Positions 17,088 to 25,279 of a stretch of DNA of 27,737 bases are shown here, one piece after another. The stretch lies in the IMG/VR virus record IMGVR_UViG_3300032320_002455, positions 1 to 27,737 of that record; one strand, written 5' to 3'. The notes below the pieces were generated by a model, which worked only from the letters and a program-made list of their open reading frames with translations, made no database searches and was not told the DNA's origin. Made by a program: the position numbers and the translations under genes. The stretch comes from a virus (Duplodnaviria > Caudoviricetes). Every line of letters starts with the position of its first letter. Within the stretch, counting starts at the first letter, position 1.

Positions 17088-17918
17088 ATGGATAAAACCT
17101 ACCGCAGTATCTTTATATCAGATGTCCACCTTGGAACTAAAGACTGTAAGGCAGATCATCTCAATAACTTTCTAAAACATAATTCCTGTAGCACATTATA
17201 TCTTGTTGGCGATATAATCGATGCGTGGAAAATTAAACAAAATAAATGGCGTTGGAAACAATCACACACGAATGTAGTTCGCCGTGTACTTGGGCATGCT
17301 AAGCGTGACACCAAGGTTATTTACATTTTAGGTAATCACGATGAATTCCTTAGACCTTACTTACACTATGGTTTAGGTTTTGGTATGTTAGAAATTAAAA
17401 ATCAATGTGAACACATTGGTGCCGATGGTAAACATTATCTTGTTACACATGGTGACTTATTTGATGGTATTACTAGGCTCGCACCTTGGTTATCTTTCTT
17501 AGGAGATAAGGCTTATGATTTCGTTCTTGCTCTCAACTCTCGATTCAATTGGATCCGTCATAGATTTGGTTTTGGCTATTGGTCTCTTAGCCTTTATCTT
17601 AAACAACGTGTAAAAAGAGCTTTGGATTTCATGTTTCAGTTTGAAAAGAATTTAGCTGGTTATTGTAAGAAAAAAGGATATGATGGAGTCATTTGTGGAC
17701 ATATCCACAAAGCAGAAATAAAAGAAATAGATGGTGTAGTTTATATGAATGATGGTGATTGGGTTGAGTCGTGTACTGCATTAGTTGAACATCATGATGG
17801 AAGATGGGAGATTATAACTTGGACTCAGGAGAACAAAAATGTGGTTGATGATATTGATAGCAGTTCACCTAAACGATCCAAACGATATTCCAGCAAAAAT
17901 GACGATGGAATTTCCTGA
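17088..17918 (+). CDS. Calcineurin-like metallophosphoesterase, LpxH/PlcP (phospholipase C) type
   Basis: FISDVHLG, YLVGDIID.W, GNHD, HGD.FD, CGHIH, YMNDGDWVESCTALVE. Confidence 0.85.
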   Translation: MDKTYRSIFISDVHLGTKDCKADHLNNFLKHNSCSTLYLVGDIIDAWKIKQNKWRWKQSHTNVVRRVLGHAKRDTKVIYILGNHDEFLRPYLHYGLGFGMLEIKNQCEHIGADGKHYLVTHGDLFDGITRLAPWLSFLGDKAYDFVLALNSRFNWIRHRFGFGYWSLSLYLKQRVKRALDFMFQFEKNLAGYCKKKGYDGVICGHIHKAEIKEIDGVVYMNDGDWVESCTALVEHHDGRWEIITWTQENKNVVDDIDSSSPKRSKRYSSKNDDGIS

Positions 17919-18015
17919 CCAACAATCTTGTGAGCAGGCAAAGTTAAGTTTATCATATTGGGTGAAGTTTAAGAATTTTAAAGTTGAGGCATCGTGTCAA
18001 AGAAATAATAAATAA
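17839..18015 (+). CDS. Small hypothetical protein (58 aa, not in ORF track)
   Basis: CAGGAG SD then ATG 17839; MWLMILIAVHLNDP...SCEQ...SCQRNNK with hydrophobic N-terminus and Cys pair; overlaps upstream gene by 80 nt. Confidence 0.65.
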   Translation: MWLMILIAVHLNDPNDIPAKMTMEFPDQQSCEQAKLSLSYWVKFKNFKVEASCQRNNK

Positions 18016-18036
18016 AAGTAAACTCTTTTAAAAAAT

Positions 18037-18942
18037 ATGATATTACAATCTGGAATTACAATTGCAGGACCTGTGGTGTTGTTCGAGCCCCCTCCCCCCC
18101 TAATCGTTACGTATGTAGTTGTAGGGGGCGGTGGTTCTGGCGGAGCAGATGGTAATGATAGCGGCGGAGGAGGAGCCGGAGGTTATCGTTCGTCCGTAGC
18201 AGGAGAACTTTCTGGTCAAAACAGTTCACCTGAGAGTCCTCTCACTTTAGACTTGAATACTAACTATGGTATTTATGTTGGTCGTGGAGGAAATGTAGGT
18301 TCAGGTGGTGATGGACAATCTAGCACTTTTTATGCAGGCGGTTCCATAACTTCTTTCGGTGGAGGTAAAGGTGCTGCAGGAGCAAATTCAATTGCTGCTG
18401 GTCCTGGAGGATCTGGGGGTGGTGGTAGTGATGTTGCTGGTTTAGCTACTGGTGGTTCTGGTCAACCTGGTCAAGGTTTTCCTGGGGGATCTTTTTCTAC
18501 TGATGCAGGTGGTGGCGGAGGAGCTTCAGAACCAGGATATGCTGGAAATGCGTCAGGTAAGCAAGGTTATGGTGGTAATGGCATACAATCTAACATAACA
18601 GGAACTCTGACTTATTATGCTGGCGGTGGAGGAGGGGGTGTTGATACACCTGGTAGAGGAATTGGTGGACTTGGTGGTGGTGGTAATGGAACTGTTGGTA
18701 ATGGAACAGGTGGTGCTGGTACTGACGGACTTGGTGGTGGAGGGGGAGGTGTAGGTGGTACAGGCTCTGGAGGCAACGGAGGATCTGGTGTAATTATTTT
18801 ACGTTATTCAAATATATTTACAATTACAATAACCGATGCTGTAGGAACTACATCTGCGGTTGGTTCAGACAAAGTAACTGTTATTACCAGTACAAATATT
18901 GGTGAATTTGATAATCCATCTGTATCGTGGGCTTTATCTTAA
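18037..18942 (+). CDS. Glycine-rich protein, probable virion fibre/adhesin
   Basis: Repeated GGGG tracts, YYAGGGGG, GGSGVIILRY; AATAAATA late-like element at 18007-18014. Confidence 0.75.
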   Translation: MILQSGITIAGPVVLFEPPPPLIVTYVVVGGGGSGGADGNDSGGGGAGGYRSSVAGELSGQNSSPESPLTLDLNTNYGIYVGRGGNVGSGGDGQSSTFYAGGSITSFGGGKGAAGANSIAAGPGGSGGGGSDVAGLATGGSGQPGQGFPGGSFSTDAGGGGGASEPGYAGNASGKQGYGGNGIQSNITGTLTYYAGGGGGGVDTPGRGIGGLGGGGNGTVGNGTGGAGTDGLGGGGGGVGGTGSGGNGGSGVIILRYSNIFTITITDAVGTTSAVGSDKVTVITSTNIGEFDNPSVSWALS

Positions 18943-18968
18943 AACTTAATAGAAATAACGTTGAGAAA

Positions 18969-19964
18969 ATGCTAAAGAAAATTCTTATAATAACAGATAA
19001 TGTCCCAGAACAAATTAACGGTGTGGTTACAACTTTCAAAAGCATGGAAGAACATGCTCTTTTGGATGGGTATAGTATTGTATACCTTACTCCCCTTCAG
19101 TTCTTACATTTTAGTTGCCCAGGCTACCCTGAAGTTAAACTTGCCTTTCCGTGGAAAATTGGCAAGAAAATTGAGGAGATATCTCCGGATTATATACACA
19201 TCGCCACAGAAGGTCCTGTTGGTTTGTGTGCTAGACTTTATCTTGACAAACGGGGTTATCGTTACAATACTTCTTACCATACTAAATTCCCTGAATTTCT
19301 AAAAAAAATATATCACATACCTGAATTTATAACATGGAGTTATCTAAGATTTTTCCATAAGCATAGTGGAATTGTTTTAGCTAATACGAATAGAACAGTA
19401 AATCAATTAAGAGACCATGGTTTTACTAGTGACATTGTGTCATGGACACGAGGTGTGAATCGGGAACAATTAAAACCAACCAAGTTTTATACCAAAAGTA
19501 ACAAACCTAGAATATTGTATGTAGGTCGTATATCAAAAGAAAAGAACTTAGAAGTGTTATGCGAAATGCATCAGACATATGATATAGAGATCGTTGGGGA
19601 TGGGCCTTTAAGAAAAAAACTAGAAGAGATGTATCCTAGGGTCAAGTTTTTAGGATATCAAACAGGAAGCGAACTGGCTAACAGTTATGCAAAAGCAGAT
19701 GTATTTTGTTTTCCAAGTAAAACAGATACCTTTGGTATCGTAATGATTGAAGCAATGAGTTTAGGTACACCAGTTGCAGCATATCCTGTAGATGGGCCAT
19801 TAGATATAATTGATAAATATACAGGATGCATGGATAACAATCTGCACAAAGCAATTATGGTCTGTTTAGAAATGGATCGTAATTTAGTTAAACAAGCATC
19901 TAGTATATGGACGTGGGAAAAATGCTGGAAAATTTTTAAGACCAACCTAGTTGAAATATACTAG
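18969..19964 (+). CDS. GT4 glycosyltransferase (diacylglycerol glycosyltransferase Agt-like)
   Basis: ITD...QINGVVTT, HIATEGPVG, YHTKFPE, YVGRISKEKN, FPSKTDTFGIVMIEA. Confidence 0.88.
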   Translation: MLKKILIITDNVPEQINGVVTTFKSMEEHALLDGYSIVYLTPLQFLHFSCPGYPEVKLAFPWKIGKKIEEISPDYIHIATEGPVGLCARLYLDKRGYRYNTSYHTKFPEFLKKIYHIPEFITWSYLRFFHKHSGIVLANTNRTVNQLRDHGFTSDIVSWTRGVNREQLKPTKFYTKSNKPRILYVGRISKEKNLEVLCEMHQTYDIEIVGDGPLRKKLEEMYPRVKFLGYQTGSELANSYAKADVFCFPSKTDTFGIVMIEAMSLGTPVAAYPVDGPLDIIDKYTGCMDNNLHKAIMVCLEMDRNLVKQASSIWTWEKCWKIFKTNLVEIY

Positions 19965-19993
19965 GGGATATATAATGTATTAGGAGAAAATTG

Positions 19994-20254
19994 ATGCCAT
20001 TATACGATTTTAGGTGTAACGATTGCAGCACCGTGTTCAACGTCATGTGCAAAATATCCGAAAGGGAATCGCAGGCTTGCGAATCATGCGGTTCAAAAAA
20101 CTACGAAGCACATCACATTGGCATGGCCCCGTTGGGCGATGCGGTTCGTCTAGGCGTTAGACAAATCGATAATGGTTTTAGGGAAGTCCTTCACAAGATT
20201 GGTTCTAACAATGGAGTTAAAGCTAATCTAAAGGGCAAACTGAGTAGAAACTAA
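19994..20254 (+). CDS. FmdB-family zinc-ribbon protein
   Basis: MPLYDFRC..C...C..CGS. Confidence 0.85.
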   Translation: MPLYDFRCNDCSTVFNVMCKISERESQACESCGSKNYEAHHIGMAPLGDAVRLGVRQIDNGFREVLHKIGSNNGVKANLKGKLSRN

Positions 20255-20334
20255 ATGAAAGCACACATCATGTTATTTAGCAGGGAGGTCAGAATTTAGC
20301 TGTCCTCCTTTCGTTCCATTTTACGAGGGCATTT

Positions 20335-21093
20335 ATGGCAAAAACAAAAACCAATCTCCAAGTGCAATCTGTTCAAAAACCTCAGCTTACTATTGCTAAT
20401 AGTACTAAGCTAAAAATAAGAATAGATGACCTTAAGACAATACAGCCACTAACTGAAAATCAGAAAGGATTTTTTGAAGCATACGATAAATCTAAAGTGA
20501 TGTTGTTACATGGTATTGCGGGTACAGGAAAAACCTATATTGCTCTATACCATGCCTTGGAAGAAGTTTTAGATAAAACAAATAGAAATTATGAAAGAGT
20601 TGTTATAGTACGATCTGCGGTGCCCAGCAGAGATATCGGTCATTTACCGGGAGACGAAAAAGATAAGACAGAAGTATATACACAACCATACGTAGAGATA
20701 TGTGACGATCTTTTTGGCAGACATGACGCATATCAAAGATTAACAGAGCAAAAGGTAGTGCAATTTATGATTACATCTTTTGTTCGAGGCATTACCCTAG
20801 ATAACGCCATAATTATAGTTGATGAATGTCAAAACATGACAGACATGGAACTAAATTCAATAATCACCAGAGTAGGAGAAAGATCAAAAATCATTTTCGC
20901 TGGAGATTTTAGACAAACCGATTTATATAAAAAAACAGATAATTCGGGTCTTAAAAAATTTATGAGGATTGCAGATATGATGCCAAGCTTTAAAACATTT
21001 GAGTTTGGAATAGACGATATCGTAAGATCTGCCATCGTAAAGGAATATATATTAGCACGCTTGCAATATGAAAATATTTACGAAACAGCATAG
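20335..21093 (+). CDS. phoH: PhoH-family ATPase
   Basis: GIAGTGKT Walker A, GHLPG, RGITL, IIVDECQN, GDFRQTD, DIVRS. Confidence 0.93.
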   Translation: MAKTKTNLQVQSVQKPQLTIANSTKLKIRIDDLKTIQPLTENQKGFFEAYDKSKVMLLHGIAGTGKTYIALYHALEEVLDKTNRNYERVVIVRSAVPSRDIGHLPGDEKDKTEVYTQPYVEICDDLFGRHDAYQRLTEQKVVQFMITSFVRGITLDNAIIIVDECQNMTDMELNSIITRVGERSKIIFAGDFRQTDLYKKTDNSGLKKFMRIADMMPSFKTFEFGIDDIVRSAIVKEYILARLQYENIYETA

Positions 21094-21101
21094 GAGATTT
21101 A

Positions 21102-21647
21102 ATGAATCAGATTTATGAGATTGAGAATTTTTTATCGTCAGATGACTGTAACTTAATTGTTTCTTGGTTTGCGGATACGCCCAAAATGATTACTAACGGG
21201 CAATATCTGTTTAATGGTAAAACGATTGATTACCAAAATATACAGAATACGCAAATAAAAAAAATAGTTAATGCATTTAAAACTGACGCTACAAGTACAG
21301 CAAAGAGAATCTTTGGTGAAGAATACTTGTATGTCGATTATACCGCAGCAGTATTGTGGGAAAGTGGATCCGGGATGGTAGTGCATGCGGACAATGTGGA
21401 TTTAGAAGGTAATCCAAACTATTGTCCGTGGCGTTGCTATTCCGGAGTATTGAATCTAAATGATGATTTTGCTGGAGGAGAAACATTCTTCCCAGATCAT
21501 GGTCCTTATTTTGTAAAACCAAAAAAAGGAAAACTAACATTATATCCATCCGATTTAGATTTTAAACATGGATTTAGTACAGTAGTCGGTACATGCTTTA
21601 CTTTACCTATTTGGTTTACTAGAGAAAAGACTCACATTGAGATATAG
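21102..21647 (+). CDS. 2OG-Fe(II) oxygenase (prolyl 4-hydroxylase-like)
   Basis: HADN, LNDDFAGGE..F, HG. Confidence 0.85.
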   Translation: MNQIYEIENFLSSDDCNLIVSWFADTPKMITNGQYLFNGKTIDYQNIQNTQIKKIVNAFKTDATSTAKRIFGEEYLYVDYTAAVLWESGSGMVVHADNVDLEGNPNYCPWRCYSGVLNLNDDFAGGETFFPDHGPYFVKPKKGKLTLYPSDLDFKHGFSTVVGTCFTLPIWFTREKTHIEI

Positions 21648-21673
21648 ACTTTTTTTAACGAAGGTGTTATAAT
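21645..21673 (+). promoter_or_regulatory. Sigma70-type promoter with extended -10
   Basis: TAGACT(21645-50)-17 nt-TATAAT(21668-73), preceded by GGTGT. Confidence 0.75.
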
Positions 21674-21702
21674 ATACTTATACTATTTAATGTGGACTAA
21701 AA

Positions 21703-22359
21703 ATGTTTAATCATGTAGATATTGGTGAACTGCCTAAATTAAGACGAGTAACTGGGGACGACGGAACAAGGGTATATGAAACTCCAACAGGAGAAAAATA
21801 CCCTTCCGTCACAACCATTACTGGATTACTTAAACGAGATATAATATTAGCTTGGCGAGCACGTGTAGGTAGTGAAGAAGCGAATAAGATTAGCTCAACT
21901 GCAGGTCGCCGAGGAACACGTATTCATTCGCTTTGTGAAAGATATCTTTTAAATGAAGATGTTACACCGGGATGGTATGATACTGCCAATTGGATGGATA
22001 TCAAAGAATATCTACATAAAATAGATAATATTCATGTTTTGGAACAACCGCTATTTTCCCATCATCTACAAACTGCAGGTACTGTAGACTGCATCGCAGA
22101 ATATGAAGGTAAGTTATCCGTAATAGATTTTAAGACATCTAAGCGTAATAAAACTAAAGATGACATTCATGATTATTTTATGCAATGCTCAGCTTATGCC
22201 GTAGCTTATGAAGAAATGACAGGCACACCTGTACCAAATTTAGTAATTCTAATATCAACCGACGATCATGGGATATTAGAGTTTAGAGAGAAAAGAAATC
22301 CATGGGTTCCGGGTTTTAAAGAACTTCGTGAAAAATACAGAACGATGTATAATCTATAA
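21703..22359 (+). CDS. PD-(D/E)XK exonuclease of T4-like phages
   Basis: YPSVTT, RGT.IH, AGTVDCIAEY, IDFKTS, Q.SAYA. Confidence 0.88.
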   Translation: MFNHVDIGELPKLRRVTGDDGTRVYETPTGEKYPSVTTITGLLKRDIILAWRARVGSEEANKISSTAGRRGTRIHSLCERYLLNEDVTPGWYDTANWMDIKEYLHKIDNIHVLEQPLFSHHLQTAGTVDCIAEYEGKLSVIDFKTSKRNKTKDDIHDYFMQCSAYAVAYEEMTGTPVPNLVILISTDDHGILEFREKRNPWVPGFKELREKYRTMYNL

Positions 22360-22362
22360 ATA
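22355..22362 (+). promoter_or_regulatory. T4-type late promoter
   Basis: Exact TATAAATA overlapping the exonuclease stop codon. Confidence 0.65.
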
Positions 22363-22368
22363 TTTTGT

Positions 22369-22545
22369 ATGCATAATATTAAAAAAGACGAATACGATAT
22401 ACTATTAAAAAAGTATATCGTTGAACAAGCTAACGCTCATCCCGAAAAACAACCCCATGGATTTTTTGGCAAATGGGCAGAATACGCTGTTAGAAAAAGA
22501 GAATTTGATAAATTATTGAGAGCAGGTGTTATTACCGTTGAATAA
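22369..22545 (+). CDS. Small hypothetical protein (58 aa, not in ORF track)
   Basis: MHNIKKDEYDILLKKYIVEQANAHPEKQPHGFFGKWAEYAVRKREFDKLLRAGVITVE fills the gap. Confidence 0.6.
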   Translation: MHNIKKDEYDILLKKYIVEQANAHPEKQPHGFFGKWAEYAVRKREFDKLLRAGVITVE

Positions 22546-22825
22546 AATTATTGACGCATATGAATTCTTTAAAGCGGATTATTTGTCATACCCATTAAGA
22601 TTTATAATAGAAACACTATGTTGGTTATCTGTTGTAATTAATACTGTAATTCTTAATATGTCTGTACCAAATGTTCCGTGGGGAATATGCTATCCAATTT
22701 GGATAATTGCTTGTACGTTTGGCACATGGACAGCATATACTAGAAAAAGCTTTGTAGGTGTATCAAGTTGTGTCTTATATGCAATAATAGATGCATTTGG
22801 ATTTTTTAGATTTTTAACTAATTAG
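22526..22825 (+). CDS. Small multi-pass membrane protein
   Basis: About 3 hydrophobic segments; start uncertain. Confidence 0.7.
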   Translation: MLLPLNKIIDAYEFFKADYLSYPLRFIIETLCWLSVVINTVILNMSVPNVPWGICYPIWIIACTFGTWTAYTRKSFVGVSSCVLYAIIDAFGFFRFLTN

Positions 22826-22826
22826 G

Positions 22827-23140
22827 ATTGTTGTAACTCCTTCAAAGTGAAGGCATTCTGGACGTGGGTTCGACTCCCACCTGGTCCACCAGAAACATAT
22901 TTGCAGACCGTGCGACTCTTTGTGAAAAGGATTGTACTGCAGGACGAAGTATGTTTCTGATGGGCCAGACATGGTTTCGACAGGGTGAGATAATAGAGAA
23001 GGCAACACGTCAGGCGATCGACGTAAATGAAGCAAAACTTGTAAATGCAAATGACGCATTTTATGGTGAGGATCGCTTAGCAGCGTAACTCACCTGGGGT
23101 TTCGGTAGCTGTCCTTATTACCCAATCAGCTACCATTTTT
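22827..23140 (+). ncRNA. ssrA: Circularly permuted (two-piece) tmRNA
   Basis: T-arm GTGGGTTCGACTCCCAC plus CTGGTCC-ACCA ends at 22891, before the 5' acceptor strand GGGCCAG (22962); G3:U pair; tag ANDAFYGEDRLAA* at 23047-23088; outer ends approximate. Confidence 0.92.
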
Positions 23141-23150
23141 AGGATTTATT

Positions 23151-23756
23151 ATGCCATTTAAAACTGAACTATATGAAGTTGTCCGTGGAGCAATATCAAA
23201 AGACCTCGCATCTTTTCTAGCTGAGGAATTTGAGCTTATACGAAAAAACGCCTATATTGCAAATGGATTAGATCCCGAAGATACGAATATAAAATTCGTG
23301 TTTGGCGACAAACAAATTCCAAAATCTTTTTCTCACTATTCCCCATTTTGTTTTGAAACTTTATCTATAGTATTAAAACCTATGATGGAGGAAATAACAG
23401 GCAAATCTTTGCATTCTGCCTATTCATATGCTCGCATATATTATAATGGTTCAGATATGAAAATTCATAAAGATAGACCTAGTTGCGAATATTCTTTAAC
23501 CATCAATTTAACAAATGATACTAAGCCATGGGAAATTTGGTTTAAAAATCTCAAAGATGAAGATGTTCCTATTTCGTTAGAGCCAGGCGATTTAATAATA
23601 TATAAAGGCACAGATTTATTACACTGGAGAAATGAATTTACTGGAAAACAAATGACACAGGCTTTTGTACATTATGTTGATGCGAACGGACCTTATGCGG
23701 AATACAAGTATGATAAAAGACCATATCTTGGATTTTCAGTAGATGCGAGAAGATAA
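23151..23756 (+). CDS. 2OG-Fe(II) oxygenase-like phage protein
   Basis: YSYARIY, HKDRPSCEYS.T, GD..IYKG....HWR, Q.F.HYV. Confidence 0.8.
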   Translation: MPFKTELYEVVRGAISKDLASFLAEEFELIRKNAYIANGLDPEDTNIKFVFGDKQIPKSFSHYSPFCFETLSIVLKPMMEEITGKSLHSAYSYARIYYNGSDMKIHKDRPSCEYSLTINLTNDTKPWEIWFKNLKDEDVPISLEPGDLIIYKGTDLLHWRNEFTGKQMTQAFVHYVDANGPYAEYKYDKRPYLGFSVDARR

Positions 23757-24157
23757 TGAAAATTTTTGTTAATGGTACTTTTGATATAATACATGTTGGG
23801 CATATAGAATTACTAGAATATGCTAAAACTTTCGGAGACCATCTTACTTTGGCATTAGATACCGATAGAAGAATAAAACAATTAAAGGGTCCTAGCAGAC
23901 CTATTAATTCTGAATTTGAGAGATACGTTATAATGAGAAGTTTAAGATGTGTAGATGAAGTTGTATTCTTTGACACAGATGATGATTTAATTAATTTAAT
24001 TAAAGATTGCGATATTATGGTCAAAGGCGGAGACTATAAAGGCAAACCTATAATAGGTCAAGAACATGCCAAGCGAATAATATATTTTGATAGAATAGAA
24101 GGTTATTCAACAACAAGTAAGATAGAAAAAATTATGGAGACATATAATGAGGCTTGA
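23756..24157 (+). CDS. Cytidylyltransferase-like nucleotidyltransferase (RfaE domain II/HldC type)
   Basis: NGTFDIIHVGH, KG.SRPIN, VKGGDY, YSTT. Confidence 0.88.
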   Translation: MKIFVNGTFDIIHVGHIELLEYAKTFGDHLTLALDTDRRIKQLKGPSRPINSEFERYVIMRSLRCVDEVVFFDTDDDLINLIKDCDIMVKGGDYKGKPIIGQEHAKRIIYFDRIEGYSTTSKIEKIMETYNEA

Positions 24158-24503
24158 AGGTAGAGTAGAAAAAGGTTGGGGGCATGAACATATTTTTGCA
24201 TCTAATGACAAATACTGTGGAAAATTATTAGTATTTAAAACAGGTGCTAAATTTAGTATGCACTTTCATAAAGATAAAGATGAGACTTGGTATGTTGTAA
24301 GTGGTAAGTTCATTGTTAAATGGCTTAATACTAAAGATGCTACCGAAAAAATAACTATGCTTTCTCCTGGAGAAACTTGGAGAAATGAACCTCTAGAACC
24401 GCATCAATTAATTTGTTTAGAAGCAGGTACAATTATTGAAGTATCTACTCCTGATAGTGTTGAAGATAATTATAGAGTGGCACCCGGAGATAGTCAGAAA
24501 TGA
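24147..24503 (+). CDS. Cupin (sugar isomerase-like)
   Basis: VEKGWG.E, FSMHFH..KDETW, EVST. Confidence 0.8.
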   Translation: MRLEGRVEKGWGHEHIFASNDKYCGKLLVFKTGAKFSMHFHKDKDETWYVVSGKFIVKWLNTKDATEKITMLSPGETWRNEPLEPHQLICLEAGTIIEVSTPDSVEDNYRVAPGDSQK

Positions 24504-25279
24504 AAATATTAGTTACTGGCCATAAGGGATTTATTGGTAAGCACATGGTCAATGCTTTAAAGAATGACCATAAAGTTACTACCTATGAATGGGGCGAAGA
24601 TTATCCAAAGATTAAAGGGTTGGATTGGGTTATTCATATGGGAGCTATTAGTTCAACTGCAGAAACAAACGTTGAAAAAATAATGGAACAAAATTATGAT
24701 TTTAGCGTAGATTTGTATAATGATTGTAGGCATTACGATGTAAATTTTCAATTTTCTAGTAGTGCTAGTGTTTATGGAACTCCCTCTGAATTTAAAGAAT
24801 CTAGTCCCGTAGATCCTAGGAATGCATATGCATGGAGTAAATACTTATTTGAACATTTTGTAGCAACTCATAAACAAAAATCTGTAGTTCAGTTATTTAG
24901 ATATTTTAATGTATATGGTTCGGGCGAGGAACATAAAATGGGACAAGCCAGTCCTCACAGTACATTTACCAAACAAGCAAAAGAAACTGGAATAATTCGG
25001 GTGTTTGAAAATAGTGAAAAACATTTTAGAGATTTTGTTCCTGTCGAAACCGTAATTGGTGTACATAAGAAATTTTTAAAAATTGACAAGAGCGGAACCT
25101 TTAATATTGGTACAGGAACCCCTGAAAGTTTTTTAGATGTGGCGAATAAAATAGCTAAAGAATATAACGCTGAAATACAAATTATTCCTATGCCGGAAAG
25201 ATTAAAATCTAGTTATCAAGCATATACCTGTGCGGATTTAACATTACTTAATAAAACATTGGAAAAATATAATGTCTAG
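24500..25279 (+). CDS. ADP-L-glycero-D-manno-heptose 6-epimerase-like SDR (HldD/GmhD)
   Basis: TGHKGFIG, H.GAISST, SSASVYG, YAWSK, RYFNVYG..E.HK, YQ.YTCAD. Confidence 0.82.
   Translation: MKILVTGHKGFIGKHMVNALKNDHKVTTYEWGEDYPKIKGLDWVIHMGAISSTAETNVEKIMEQNYDFSVDLYNDCRHYDVNFQFSSSASVYGTPSEFKESSPVDPRNAYAWSKYLFEHFVATHKQKSVVQLFRYFNVYGSGEEHKMGQASPHSTFTKQAKETGIIRVFENSEKHFRDFVPVETVIGVHKKFLKIDKSGTFNIGTGTPESFLDVANKIAKEYNAEIQIIPMPERLKSSYQAYTCADLTLLNKTLEKYNV

Noticed and set aside
21703-22359. Cas4-like nuclease suggesting CRISPR
   Set aside because: No Fe-S cysteine set, repeats or other cas genes are seen. It matches the ordinary T4-like phage exonuclease.
22860-22891. Apparent tRNA 3' half
   Set aside because: No upstream D or anticodon arm, and its acceptor partner lies downstream, so it is the tmRNA acceptor piece.
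22864-23088. 74-aa plus-strand ORF and antisense ORF 22814..23059
   Set aside because: They overlie the tmRNA. Only the last 13 codons of the plus ORF are meaningful, as the tag peptide.
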